DNA from: Eledone cirrhosa
Lineage: Eukaryota
Assembly (NCBI GenBank): GCA_964016885.1
Contig: OZ024751.1
Location: 13,454,001 to 13,518,000 of the forward strand
Direction of reading: 5' to 3'
DNA length: 64,000 nucleotides
The stretch's first letter is position 1; each line of letters begins with the position of its first letter. A model generated the notes under the pieces. It ran no database searches. It was not told the origin of the DNA and saw only the letters and a program-made list of their open reading frames with translations. Shown here one piece after another: positions 1 through 19,700 of the stretch. Position numbers and translations under genes: made by a program.

Positions 1-3110
<3,110 letters not shown>

Positions 3111-3718
3111 GGTGGCTGCCAACTCGTTTTCGAGTACGGCCACTACTTTATATCCATGTAGGAGAACCCCTACTGATGCGCTGAACGAGTGTGACTTTTT
3201 AGTCCAGCCAGCGACTTGAAAACTCTGGTACAAAGACTACACTTGTGACAATTATTGACACATAGTGTTGGGCCCATGGTACCATGTGACGACAAGTGCA
3301 GAGAGATCTCCAGATATAAAGCAATGCCTGTGCCGTGAAGCTTTTATAGTGAGCAAAGGCACTGCACAAAGCCAGTCCCACTCTCTTAACCAAGATGATA
3401 TTTACCAAAAAGAAGAACAAGTCAACATCATTGGATACCATCAGGGTTGGAGGTGTTATATCAGAGTTTTCCTTCTCCTAGAATTCTGCCTTGACAAAGG
3501 CTAAGGGGTCATCTCTCCCGGTGATTTTGGATGGCCATTGACTCTTAAGAGCTCCTTTGCCCTTTGACAGGTTTTGTTTTTAGTCCTGCAGGATGTCCAA
3601 AGTCACCCTCCTCACCAAGAAACCTTGGTGGGGTTGCCAGTTTAGTCGCCAACGACCCGACCATGAGACAGGTTGTACTGGGATACATGTTACCAGTAGC
3701 ACCAACTGGTGACCTGAC
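3111..3718 (-). mobile_element. 608-bp non-autonomous retroelement with RTE-like 5' and 3' parts, copy 1 (full length)
   Basis: Near-identical to 4442-4937, 11217-11825 and the reverse complement of 49063-49670. Sense strand has the motif CCTTAGCCTT..AAGGC..CTAGGAGAAGGAAAACTCTGAT (recalled from RTE 5' UTRs) and ends in a stem-loop GTGGC..CTCG-AAAA-CGAG..GCCAC followed by an (AT)n tail. No TIRs or LTRs. Confidence 0.75.
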
Positions 3719-4133
3719 ATATATACATACATATATATATATACATACATATATATATACATATATACATACATATATATATACATATATACATACATAT
3801 ATATATACATATATATATATACATATATATATATACATATATATATATACATATATACATACATATATACATACAAATATATATACATCTAGTATATATA
3901 TATATACATATATACATACATATATATACATACAAATATATATACATCTATATATATATATATACATACATATATACATACATATATATATACAAATATA
4001 TATACATCTATATATATATACATACATATATACATACATATATATATACAAATATATATACATCTATATATATATATATATATACATACATATATACATA
4101 CATATATATATATATACATACATATATATATAC

Positions 4134-4164
<31 letters not shown>

Positions 4165-4181
4165 CATACATATATATATAC

Positions 4182-4244
<63 letters not shown>

Positions 4245-4441
4245 CATATATACATATATGTATATATATATATACATACATATATATATACATATATATA
4301 TATATATACATACATATATATATACATATATATATATATACATACATATATATATACATATATATATATATATACATACATATATATATACATATATATA
4401 TATATATACATACATATATATATACATATATATATATATAT
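3719..4441. repeat. (TA)n/(TACA)n microsatellite
   Basis: Direct reading. Confidence 0.97.
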
Positions 4442-4937
4442 GGTGGCTGCCAACTCGTTTTCGAGTACGGCCACTACTTTATATCCATATAGGAGAACCC
4501 CTACCGATGCGCTGAACGAGTGACTTTTAGTCCAGCCAGCGACTTGAAAACTCTGGTACAAACACTACACTTGTGACAATTATTGACACATAGTGCTGGG
4601 CCCATGGTACCATGTGACGACAAGTGCAGAGAGATCTCCAGATATAAAGCAATGCCTGTGCCGTGAAGCTTTTATAGTGAGCAAAGGCACTGCACAAAGC
4701 CAGTCCCACTCTCTTAACCAAGATGATATTTACCAAAAAGAAGAACAAGTCAACATCATTGGATACCATCAGGGTTGCAGGTGTTATATCAGAGTTTTCC
4801 TTCTCCTAGAATTCTGCCTTGACAAAGGCTAAAGGGTCATCTCTCCCAGTGATTTTGGATGGCCATTGACTCTTAAGAGCTCCTTTGCCCTTTGACAGGT
4901 CTTGTTTTTAGTCCTGCAGGATGTCCAAAGTCACCCT
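4442..4937 (-). mobile_element. 608-bp element, copy 2 (5'-truncated by about 110 bp)
   Basis: Same 3' terminus (ggtggctgcc on +) as the other copies; stops at ...aaagtcaccct. Confidence 0.75.
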
Positions 4938-5014
4938 GTATATATATATATATATGTATATATATATGTATATATATATGTATATATATATATATGTATA
5001 TGTATATATGTATG

Positions 5015-5047
<33 letters not shown>

Positions 5048-5078
5048 GTATGTATATATATATATATATATATGTATG

Positions 5079-5137
<59 letters not shown>

Positions 5138-5139
5138 TG

Positions 5140-5234
<95 letters not shown>

Positions 5235-5422
5235 ATATATATATATATGTATATATATATGTATGTATATATATATATATATATATATATACATACATAT
5301 ATATATACATATATATATATATATACATACATATATATATACATATATATATATATACATACATATATATATACATATATATATATATATACATACATAT
5401 ATATATACATATATATATATAT

Positions 5423-5487
<65 letters not shown>

Positions 5488-5508
5488 CATACATATATAT
5501 ATATATAT

Positions 5509-5571
<63 letters not shown>

Positions 5572-5602
5572 CATACATATATATATATATATATATACAT
5601 AC

Positions 5603-5637
<35 letters not shown>

Positions 5638-5696
5638 CATACATATATACATATACATATATATATATATACATATATATATACATATTATATACA

Positions 5697-5728
<32 letters not shown>

Positions 5729-5761
5729 CATATATACATACATACATATATACATACATAC

Positions 5762-5817
<56 letters not shown>

Positions 5818-5833
5818 ATACATATATATATAC

Positions 5834-5880
<47 letters not shown>

Positions 5881-5943
5881 CATATATACATATATATATA
5901 CATATATATATATATATACATATATATATACATATATATATAC

Positions 5944-6040
<97 letters not shown>

Positions 6041-6325
6041 CATATATACATATATATATATATATACATATATACATATATATATATACATATATATATA
6101 CATATATATATATACATATATATATACACATATATATATACATATATATATATACATATATATATATACATATATACATATATATATATACATATATACA
6201 TATATATACATATATATATATATATATACATATATATATACATATATATATATACATATATACATATATATATTCATATTTACATATACATATATACATA
6301 TATATATATTCATATTTACATATCA

Positions 6326-6380
<55 letters not shown>

Positions 6381-6509
6381 AATATATATATATACATATA
6401 TGTATATATATTCATATATACATACATATATATATACATATATATCTACATATACATAAATACATATATATATACACATATATCTACATATACATAAATA
6501 CATATATAT

Positions 6510-6581
<72 letters not shown>
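4938..6581. repeat. (TA)n microsatellite with an orientation switch (TATG to TACA) near 5290
   Basis: Direct reading. Confidence 0.96.
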
Positions 6582-6585
<4 letters not shown>

Positions 6586-6700
6586 GTGGAACACTGGAAG
6601 GTAATATCCGTAGTCGTAGAGCAAACCATTCACATCCTGAGCTGAAGATCCGCGAAGGTGGAACAATTGTTTTCTGTATGGTGAACTAACTGTTGTGTAA

Positions 6701-6748
<48 letters not shown>

Positions 6749-6767
6749 TCTCTCCCTCTCCCTCTCC

Positions 6768-6822
<55 letters not shown>

Positions 6823-7656
6823 CATATATATGCATATATATATATATATATAGATATATACATACATATATATGCATATATACATACATATATACATATA
6901 TATATATACATACATATATACATATATATATATACATATATATACATATATATATATACATATATACATACATAAATACATACATATATACATATATATA
7001 TATATACATGCATAGATACATATATACACATATAGATACATATATACATATATAGATACATATATACATATATAGATACATATATACATATATAGATAAA
7101 TATATACATATATACATACATATATATATACATATATACATACATATATATATACATATATACATACATATATACATATATATATATACATATATACATA
7201 CATATATACATATATATATACATATATACATACATATATAATATATATATACATATATACATATATATATACATATATACATACATATATATACATATAT
7301 ACATATATACATACATATATATACATATATACATATATACATACATATATACATATATATATATATCTATATATACATATATATATATTTATATATACAT
7401 ATATATATATACATATATATATATTTATATATACATATATATATAGTTATATATACATATATATATATACATATATATATATTTATATTTACATATATAT
7501 ATATTTATATATACAGATATACATATTTATATATACATATATACATACATATACATATATTTATATATACATATATACATATTTATATATACATATATAC
7601 AAACATATACAAACATATATACATATATATACATACATATATACATATATATATAC

Positions 7657-7687
<31 letters not shown>

Positions 7688-7828
7688 CATATATATATAC
7701 ACATATATATATATATATATACATATATATATACACATATATATATACATATATATATACACATATATATATACACATATATATATACCCATATATATAT
7801 ATATACTTTTATATACACATATATACAC

Positions 7829-7859
<31 letters not shown>

Positions 7860-8035
7860 CATATATATACACATATATATATTCATATATATACACATAT
7901 GTATACACATATATATATATACATATATATATTCATATATATACACATATGTATAGCACATATATATATATACATATATATATACACATATGTATACACA
8001 CATATATATATACATATATATATACATATGTATAC

Positions 8036-8068
<33 letters not shown>

Positions 8069-9117
8069 CATATATACATACATATATATACACATATACA
8101 TACATATATATACACATATACATATATACATACATATATATACACATATACAGATATGTATATACACATATATATACAGATATGTATATACACATATATA
8201 TACAGATATGTATATACACATATATATACAGATATGTATATACACATATATATACAGATATGTATATACACACATATATATATATACATATACATGTATA
8301 TAAATATATATACATATATATAAATACATATACATGTATATAAATACATATAAATATATATAAATACATATACATATATATAAATACATATACATAAATA
8401 CATATACATATATATAAATACATATACATATATATAAATACATATACATATATATAAATACATATACATATATATAAATACATATATATAAATACATATA
8501 CATATATATAAATACATATACATAAATACATATACATATATATAAATACATATATATAAATACATATACATATATATAAATACATATACATAAATACATA
8601 TACATATAAATAAATACATATACATATATATAAATACATATACATATATACATATATATAAAACATATATACATATATATAAAACATATACATATATATA
8701 AAAACATATACATATATACATATATATATATATACATACATATATATAAATACATACACATATATACATATATATATATACCTATATATAAATACATATA
8801 CATATATACATATATATATATACCTATATATAAATACATATACATATATATACATATATATAAATACATATACATATATATATATAAATACATATACATA
8901 TATATATACATATACATAAATACATATACATATATATATACATATACATATATATAAATACATATACATATATATACACATACATATATATATATATAAA
9001 TACATATACCTACATATATATATATATATATACATTTATACTCACAAATATATATATATATATTTATATAAACACATTTTTTAAATATGTGAGTATACAT
9101 ATAGTTGTGTGGAATTA

Positions 9118-9196
<79 letters not shown>

Positions 9197-9356
9197 CCGA
9201 ATGAGGAATTTCAATCCAAATACCAAAACAATTAATTTTATAATTTAATTAAACTTTACCTTAAAAAACTAAAGATTAAAACGAAAAAGAATTACACATA
9301 CACACACACATATATACGTATATATGTATGTGTGTCTATATGTGTGTGTGTGTGTG

Positions 9357-9396
<40 letters not shown>

Positions 9397-9490
9397 CGAG
9401 CGTACGTATGTATTTATATGTATATATATATGTGTGTGTGTGTGTGTATTCATATGTGTATATATGCATGTATGTGTATATATCTGTGTA

Positions 9491-9538
<48 letters not shown>

Positions 9539-9897
9539 TACATACTGAAGGAATGAAAAGAATCAAAACAACACTAACAGAAACTAATTTTGAATTACGC
9601 CACGACACGAAACGAAACAACCACAAACCATTAACAAAACAGCTATGAAATTATATAAACAAAAGACTATAATTAAAATATATATTAATGATCTTTATGT
9701 GAGATTAATTGAGTGTATTTTTAATTTGTAATTTCTAATTTGTTCCCCTGTAGCATCTATGACAAAATGTCGATGAGTGAAAGAAGGTTTCAATTTTGTA
9801 AATTCTTTGTCGTTGCATTTCTTCTAGAGCTCAATTTCGGTCTTGAGTTTAGATATTATTCTAGATATTACAATTCTGTCTCATCCTTGACTCAATG
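6580..9897 (+). repeat. Segment duplicated at 10098-13866 (copy A)
   Basis: Unique anchors 6582-6702 and about 9195-9897 recur at 10100-10220 and about 13159-13866, with the same order of microsatellite blocks between them. Confidence 0.93.
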
Positions 9898-10097
9898 NNN
9901 NNNNNNNNNNNNNNNNNNNNNNNNNNNNNNNNNNNNNNNNNNNNNNNNNNNNNNNNNNNNNNNNNNNNNNNNNNNNNNNNNNNNNNNNNNNNNNNNNNNN
10001 NNNNNNNNNNNNNNNNNNNNNNNNNNNNNNNNNNNNNNNNNNNNNNNNNNNNNNNNNNNNNNNNNNNNNNNNNNNNNNNNNNNNNNNNNNNNNNNNN
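9898..10097. other. Assembly gap (200 N)
   Basis: Run of exactly 200 N. Confidence 0.99.
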
Positions 10098-10217
10098 ATA
10101 GTGGTGGAACACTGGAAGGTAATATCCGTAGTGGTAGAGCAAACCATTCACATCCTGAGCTGAAGATCCGCGAAGGTGGAACAATTGTTTTCTGTATGGT
10201 GAACTAACTGTTGTGTA

Positions 10218-10293
<76 letters not shown>

Positions 10294-11915
10294 CATACAT
10301 ATATATGCATATATACATACATATATACATATATATATATACATACATATATACATATATATATACATATATATATATATAAATATATATATAGATATAT
10401 ACATACATATATACATACATATATACATATATATATATATACATACATATATACATATATATACATATATATATATACATATATATATACATATATATAT
10501 ATATACATATATACATACATAAATACATATATATATATACATATATACATACATAAATACATACATATATACATATATACATATATATATATATATACAT
10601 GCATAGATACATATATACACATATAGATACATATATACATATATAGATACATATATACATATATAGATACATATATACATATATAGATACATATATACAT
10701 ATATAGATAAATATATACATATATACATACATATATATATACATATATACATACATATATATATACATATATACATACATATATATATACATATATACAT
10801 ACATATATACATATATATATATACATATATACATACATATATACATATATATATACATATATACATACATATATACATATATATATACATATATACATAT
10901 ATATATACATACATATATATACATATATACATATATACATACATATATACATATATACATACATATATACATATATATATATATCTATATATACATATAT
11001 ATATATTTATATATACATATATATATATACATATATATATATTTATATATACATATATATATAGTTATATATACATATATATATATACATATATATATAT
11101 TTATATATACAGATATACATATTTATATATACATATATACATACATATACATAAATTTATATATACATATATACATATTTATATATACATATATACAAAC
11201 ATATATACATATATATGGTGGCTGCCAACTCGTTTTCGAGTACGGCCACTACTTTATATCCATGTAGGAGAACCCCCTACCGATGCGCTGAACGAGTGTG
11301 ACTTTTTAGTCCAGCCAGCGACTTGAAAACTCTGGTACAAACACTACACTTGTGACAATTACTGACACATAGTGCTGGGCCCATGGTACCATGTGACGAC
11401 AAGTGCAGAGAGATCTCCAGATATAAAGCAATGCCTGTGCCGTGAAGCTTTTATAGTGAGCAAAGGCACTGCACAAAGCCAGTCCCACTCTCTTAACCAA
11501 GATGATATTTACCAAAAAGAAGAACAAGTCAACATCATTGGATACCATCAGGGTTGCAGGTGTTATATCAGAGTTTTCCTTCTCCTAGAATTCTGCCTTG
11601 ACAAAGGCTAAGGGGTCATCTCTCCCAGTGATTTTGGATGGCCATTGACTCTTAAGAGCTCCTTTGCCCTTTGACAGGTTTTGTTTTTAGTCCTGCAGGA
11701 TGTCCAAAGTCACCCTCCTCACCAAGAAACCTTGGTGGGGTTGCCAGTTTAGTCGCCAACGACCCGACCATGAGACAGGTTGTACTGGGATACATGTTAC
11801 CAGTAGCACCAACTGGTGACCTGACATATACACATATATATATACACATATATATATACACATATATATATACCCATATATATATATATACTTTTATATA
11901 CACATATATATACAC

Positions 11916-11948
<33 letters not shown>

Positions 11949-12127
11949 CATATATATACACATATATATATTCATATATATACACATATGTATACACATA
12001 TATATATATACATATATATATTTCATATATATACACATATGTATACACATATATATATATACATATATATATATAACACATATGTATACACACATATATA
12101 TATACATATATATATACATATGTATAC

Positions 12128-12160
<33 letters not shown>

Positions 12161-13124
12161 CATATATACATACATATATATACACATATACATATATACA
12201 TACATATATATACACATATACATATATACATACATATATATACACATATACAGATATGTATATACACATATATATACAGATATGTATATACACATATATA
12301 TACAGATATGTATATACACACATATATATATATACATATACATGTATATAAATATATATACATATATATAAATACATATACATGTATATAAATACATATA
12401 AATATATATAAATACATATACATATATATAAATACATATACATATATATAAATACATATACATATATATAAATACATATACATATATATAAATACATATA
12501 CATATATATAAATACATATACATATATATAAATACATATACATAAATACATATACATATATATAAATACATATACATATATATAAATACATATACATATA
12601 TATAAATACATATATATAAATACATATACATATATATAAATACATATACATAAATACATATACATATAAATAAATACATATACATATATATAAATACATA
12701 TACATATATACATATATATAAAACATATATACATATATATAAAACATATACATATATATAAAAACATATACATATATACATAATATATATATATACATAC
12801 ATATATATAAATACATACACATATATACATATATATATATACCTATATATAAATACATATACATATATATACATATATATAAATACATATACATATATAT
12901 ATATAAATACATATACATATATATATACATATACATAAATACATATACATATATATATAACATATATATAATACATATACATATATATACACACATATAT
13001 ATATATAAATACATATACCTACATATATATATATATATACATTTATACTCACAAATATATATATATATATTTATATAAACACATTTTTTAAATATGTGAG
13101 TATACATATAGTTGTGTGGAATTA

Positions 13125-13161
<37 letters not shown>

Positions 13162-13322
13162 CCGAATGAGGAATTTCAATCCAAATACCAAAACAATTAA
13201 TTTTATAATTTAATTAAACTTTACCTTAAAAAACTAAAGATTAAAACGAAAAAGAATTACACATACACACACACATATATACGTATATATGCATGTGTGT
13301 GTATATGTGTGTGTGTGTGTTG

Positions 13323-13362
<40 letters not shown>

Positions 13363-13459
13363 CGAGCGTACGTATGTATTTATATGTATATATATATGTG
13401 TGTGTGTGTGTGTATTCATATGTGTATATATGCATGTATGTGTATATATCTGTGGTATG

Positions 13460-13494
<35 letters not shown>

Positions 13495-13866
13495 TATATA
13501 CATATACATACATACTGAAGGAATGAAAAGAATCAAAACAACACTAACAGAAACTAATTTGAATTACGCCACGACACGAAACGAAACAACCACAAACCAT
13601 TAACAAAACAGCTATGAAATTATATAAACAAAAGACTATAATTAAAATATATATTAATGATCTTTATGTGAGATTAATTGAGTGTATTTTTAATTTGTAA
13701 TTTCTAATTTGTTCCCCTGTAGCATCTATGACAAAATGTCGATGAGTGAAAGAAGGTTTCAATTTTGGTAAATTCTTTGTCGTTGCATTCTTCTAGAGCT
13801 CAATTTCGGTCTTGAGTTTAGATATTATTCTAGATATTACAATTCTGTCTCATCCTTGACTCAATG
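10098..13866 (+). repeat. Duplicated segment, copy B (carries an extra 608-bp element)
   Basis: Matches 6580-9897 apart from microsatellite lengths, a few SNPs and the insertion at 11217-11825. Confidence 0.93.
11217..11825 (-). mobile_element. 608-bp element, copy 3 (full length)
   Basis: Same termini as copy 1; embedded in TA/TACA microsatellite. Confidence 0.78.
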
Positions 13867-13935
13867 ATAGTATGGTGACACACACACAAATATATATATA
13901 TCTATATATATATATATATAAATATATATATATAT

Positions 13936-14166
13936 GAAAAAAGGAAAAGAATGACTTCACTTGTAGTTCTAAACAATTTGATTTAATTTTATAATATTAT
14001 AATTTTACAATTTAGTTTTATAGAAAAAAAAAAAAATAGATATACAAAACTAAATTGTAAAATTATTATATTATAAAATTAAATCAAATTGTTTAGAACT
14101 GTAAGTGAAATCATTCTTTTCCTTTTTTCAAATATACCTAACTGTAACAAGGATTTCAGACATTTT

Positions 14167-14168
<2 letters not shown>
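13936..14168 (+). mobile_element. Fold-back element (about 90-bp arms plus 39-nt unpaired tail), probable Penelope-like inverted pLTR remnant
   Basis: gaaaaaaggaaaagaatgacttcacttgtagttctaaac...gtttagaactgtaagtgaaatcattcttttccttttttc, then tail aaatatacctaactgtaacaaggatttcagacattttcc; related copy at 25171-25525. Confidence 0.6.
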
Positions 14169-14231
<63 letters not shown>

Positions 14232-14534
14232 ATACTTGGGGAGGGTCATATTTGTGTAATATTGCCAGAATTAATAACAGAACACACTCACTGTTTGGTT
14301 GGGTTTTCGCTTCTGTGTCTTTTATATCGGTAATCTAATATATTCGGTCCTCAATGTTGCCATTGACTGACCAACGGTCAAAAATACGGGATGTTTGTTT
14401 ACAAACACACCGAGCATTATAATAAATGTTCGGTGAATCCATACGTACATATATATATATGTGTGGATGTATGTATATATATATACATACTACTGTACGT
14501 CTGTATACATATATGTATGTACGTGTACATACTT

Positions 14535-16683
<2,149 letters not shown>

Positions 16684-16685
<2 letters not shown>

Positions 16686-16996
16686 TGAATTCCGTTGGAA
16701 AAGTCCAGGAAAAAAAGAGTGCTCTATGTAGGTAACAGAGCTTAATAGTTATGTAATAAACAACATAAGGCAATTTTTCCATTTACCAGTGGTTTCTTAA
16801 AAGCAAAAAATGTTGCTTTCAATCATCAGAATGAAAAAATCCTGGTGTATTTATTGATATTGGATTCTTTTAGAATCCAATATCAATAAATACACCAGGA
16901 TTTTTTCATTCTGATGATTGAAAGCAACATTTTTTGCTTTTAAGAAACCACTGGTAAATGGAAAAATTGCCTTATATTGTTTATTACATAACTATA
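16684..16996. repeat. Long near-perfect palindrome (about 125-bp arms centred near 16870) with a one-sided extension of about 60 nt
   Basis: tagttatgtaataaacaa...ttggattct ttt agaatccaa...ttgtttattacataacta. Confidence 0.9.
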
Positions 16997-17384
16997 TTAT
17001 ATATATATATATTATATTATATATATATATATATATATATTATATTGTTATACTTTGGGAGGGTCATGTTGCCAATAAGAAACAAAGTATAACAATATCA
17101 GTTTCAACACACGATTTCAGATAAAGAATCTTGCTAAACAAATTTAGAAACGAAATATATATATTATATTATATATATATATATATATATATATTATATT
17201 ATATATATATATTATATTCATATATATTATATTATATATATATATTATATATATATATTATATTATATATATATATTATATATATATATATTATATTATA
17301 TATATTATATTATATTATATTATATATATATATATATATACAATATATTAATAAATGGAAACTATATTTATAAAACCATAATTA

Positions 17385-17447
17385 TTATATTATATATATA
17401 TTTCAAGGGCGACCAAGGTAAATTATGGTGCCTTTCATCAGATAAAA
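17385..17447 (-). ncRNA. Minimal type I hammerhead ribozyme motif
   Basis: Minus strand reads ttttat-CTGATGA-aaggcacca...tggtcgccctt-GAAA-tatatata-TA-atataa: intact core, stem II, palindromic stem III, stem I with one mismatch. Confidence 0.7.
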
Positions 17448-18719
17448 TACAGATTTGTTTTATAAATAAATATTGACATACCCTGAAAAAAGACAACCTT
17501 AACGGTTGAAATTCGCTGGACAGCTATCCAGCGAATTTCAACCGTTGAGGTATGTCTCATATAAAATAATACAACCAACTTTTCACGGAATCTATATAGT
17601 TAGCACCCCAAACACTTAATTGGGATTATACTTAGGTATATCCTAATGTTTGTTGAGTGAGATGGAGTTGGTCAGAGTATCGTTTAAAGCTTTCTCTGTT
17701 AATGTTATTACATATTATACTCTTGGATGCCCAGATATGAAAATTGCAGATATTTATATATTCTTTATATGAAATATTGATTGCATTTTTCTGTATCTCA
17801 TGTCTGATATTTTTGCCTGAGAAAATACCTATATGTATGTTTAAATAGTACGTACATATATTTATTATTTTTTTTAATATCTCTATGTGTGTATATATAT
17901 ATTAAAATTTGTATTTACTCCTAGAATTAACGATTAACTGATTAATTTAATTAGATGATTCTATTGATTGATTAATTGTTTATGTTTGTTTGATAACTTC
18001 TGGTTGAGTGCTTAATTCGGTTTGTCTAAAGGGATTCATTCCTTTATCTCAAATTGGAATTCACCGCCTAATCGGGGGTTACCTCCCTTGGAGAAAACCA
18101 CGTGTCTGTGGCGAAATTTAAAGCTACAACATGCCCGCTCAGGCTAAGAACGAAAGACTTGCTGAAGAAGGAAATCTTATGTTCTGTCGTCAAAAACCAT
18201 TATATTGCAGACTCCTGCATGCGGAATTTGTCGATCTTGGATTTGCAGCAACTTAGCGCTGATGTTGGGTGCTGTATGTGATGTATATTGTGTGATATAC
18301 GATGTACATTATATATTTTGCATTCAGCCTCACCGCTTTGTCCAGGTCAGTCTAAAATCTTTTCCTGGGTCCTGTATTTTCGTTGCTCTAGTGATGCGGC
18401 TGGACTGCCGACCGCTATATCTGATTTGCTAAGCTGTCTGAACTTATTGTTATTACTCTGGGGTTCTTTTCCCCATCCGAGTGATAAAGCTACAGACCGA
18501 TTCTGCATTCGCACGCTATATACATTTCTTTCTATATATGTGTGTATATTGAATAATTATCGCCTCATCTTATCAATGTTATATCTCCCCTCCCTTCGTC
18601 TAATTATTGTTTGAATGAGTAATTAGATCCCTATCAATATCACAGTCATATCTGTATGGGCTTACTTGACATGCTAGAAATAGCAGCCTATTCCCTATAA
18701 AAGAGAAAGTACATAGTAA

Positions 18720-19153
18720 ATAATTGTCTCTTCATTTGGCACAAGGCCAGCAATTTGAAGAGTGCAGGAAGAATCACTGGAGTTTTTTTTTTTTTTACGG
18801 ACAAAAACCAACCGGGAAAAGACCCAGGGGTAAACCCCAAGCAAGATGGTTGGACTACATCCTTGAGCTTCGCTGGTCACGCTTGGGGATCAAGCAGGAT
18901 CCGTTAGAGACGGTTGCTTGTAACAGGACCCGCTGGAAGGAGTGTTTGAGGACTCTTCCACTACGGCCCTCTCAGGAATAAGTGGAAGAAGGAGAGGAAA
19001 GTCGAATAAATCGACCCCAGTGCGTTACTGGTACTTTATTTTTATCGGCCCCGTAAGGATGAAAGGCAAAGCTAACCTAGGTGGGATTTGAAAATCAGAA
19101 TATAAAGGGCCGTAACTATGCCACTAAGCATGTCTGCGCTCTACCGATTCTGC
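18720..19153 (-). mobile_element. tRNA-derived SINE (main family), interrupted by an RTE 3' fragment
   Basis: SINE tail at 18720-18760 and body at 18990-19153 match the family consensus in reverse complement. Confidence 0.75.
18797..18990 (+). mobile_element. RTE-clade LINE (Rex3/Expander-like) 3' end
   Basis: Translates KPTGKRPRGKPQARWLDYILELRWSRLGI...PLRPSQE*, the RTE C-terminal GxRPRGRPxxRW motif. Confidence 0.85.
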
Positions 19154-19165
19154 TCTAACATAGTA

Positions 19166-19353
19166 AATAATTGTTTATACGTTAGGCATAAGGACAACAA
19201 TTTTTGGGTGAGGAGAAAGCCGATTAATTCGACCTAGTACAGTACTGGTACTTTATTTTATCGATCCCGGGGGGGATTTGAAATCAGAACGTAAAGGGCC
19301 ATGACTATGCTGTGAAACGGTGTCCGACGCTCTACCGATTACTGCCAATCCAT
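19166..19353 (-). mobile_element. tRNA-derived SINE (main family), internally deleted
   Basis: Reverse complement of the consensus with A box TGGCAGTAATCGG and a degenerate B box. Confidence 0.75.
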
Positions 19354-19532
19354 TACCCTAACATAGTAAATAATAAACTCAGAAAAAAAAAAACTGACGG
19401 AATGGTCGTGCCAGAATGGCTTCCACTTTTCACGAGGCCTGCTAGGTCAGAGCTGGGCTGACCTAGGGTTAAAACACTAACAGTAGCAGTTACCATAGCA
19501 ACATCACACAAACCAGACATCATCATCATCAT

Positions 19533-19700
19533 GGTGGTGGATTGGCATGCTATTCAACAAAGAGTTACGGCCCTTCACAGTCTGAGTTCAAATCCCGTCG
19601 GGGTTAACTTTGTCTTTCATCCTAACGGGGGTCGATAAAATAAAGTACCAGTAATGCACTGGGGTAATTGCTGGCCTTGTGCCTAAAGTAGAAACAATTA
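19533..19700 (+). mobile_element. tRNA-derived SINE (main family)
   Basis: B box GAGTTCAAATCC, then ctttcatcc..ggggtcgataaaataaagtaccagt..ggccttgtgcctaaagtagaaacaatt. Confidence 0.85.

Noticed and set aside
3199-3504. 79-80 aa ORFs conserved in all copies of the 608-bp element
   Set aside because: Conserved only because the copies are near-identical; ORFs overlap on both strands and have no recognisable domain.
3111-4937. Copies 1 and 2 as LTRs of one retrotransposon
   Set aside because: No TG..CA termini, PBS or PPT; the interior is pure microsatellite; copy 2 is truncated.
18157-18200. CTGAAGA-ag-GAAA hammerhead-like core
   Set aside because: No stem I or stem III pairing; treated as chance.
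18040-18520. Possible decayed PLE coding sequence on the minus strand (also 31540-31940 on plus)
   Set aside because: Only vague resemblance with many stops; needs a frameshift-aware profile search.
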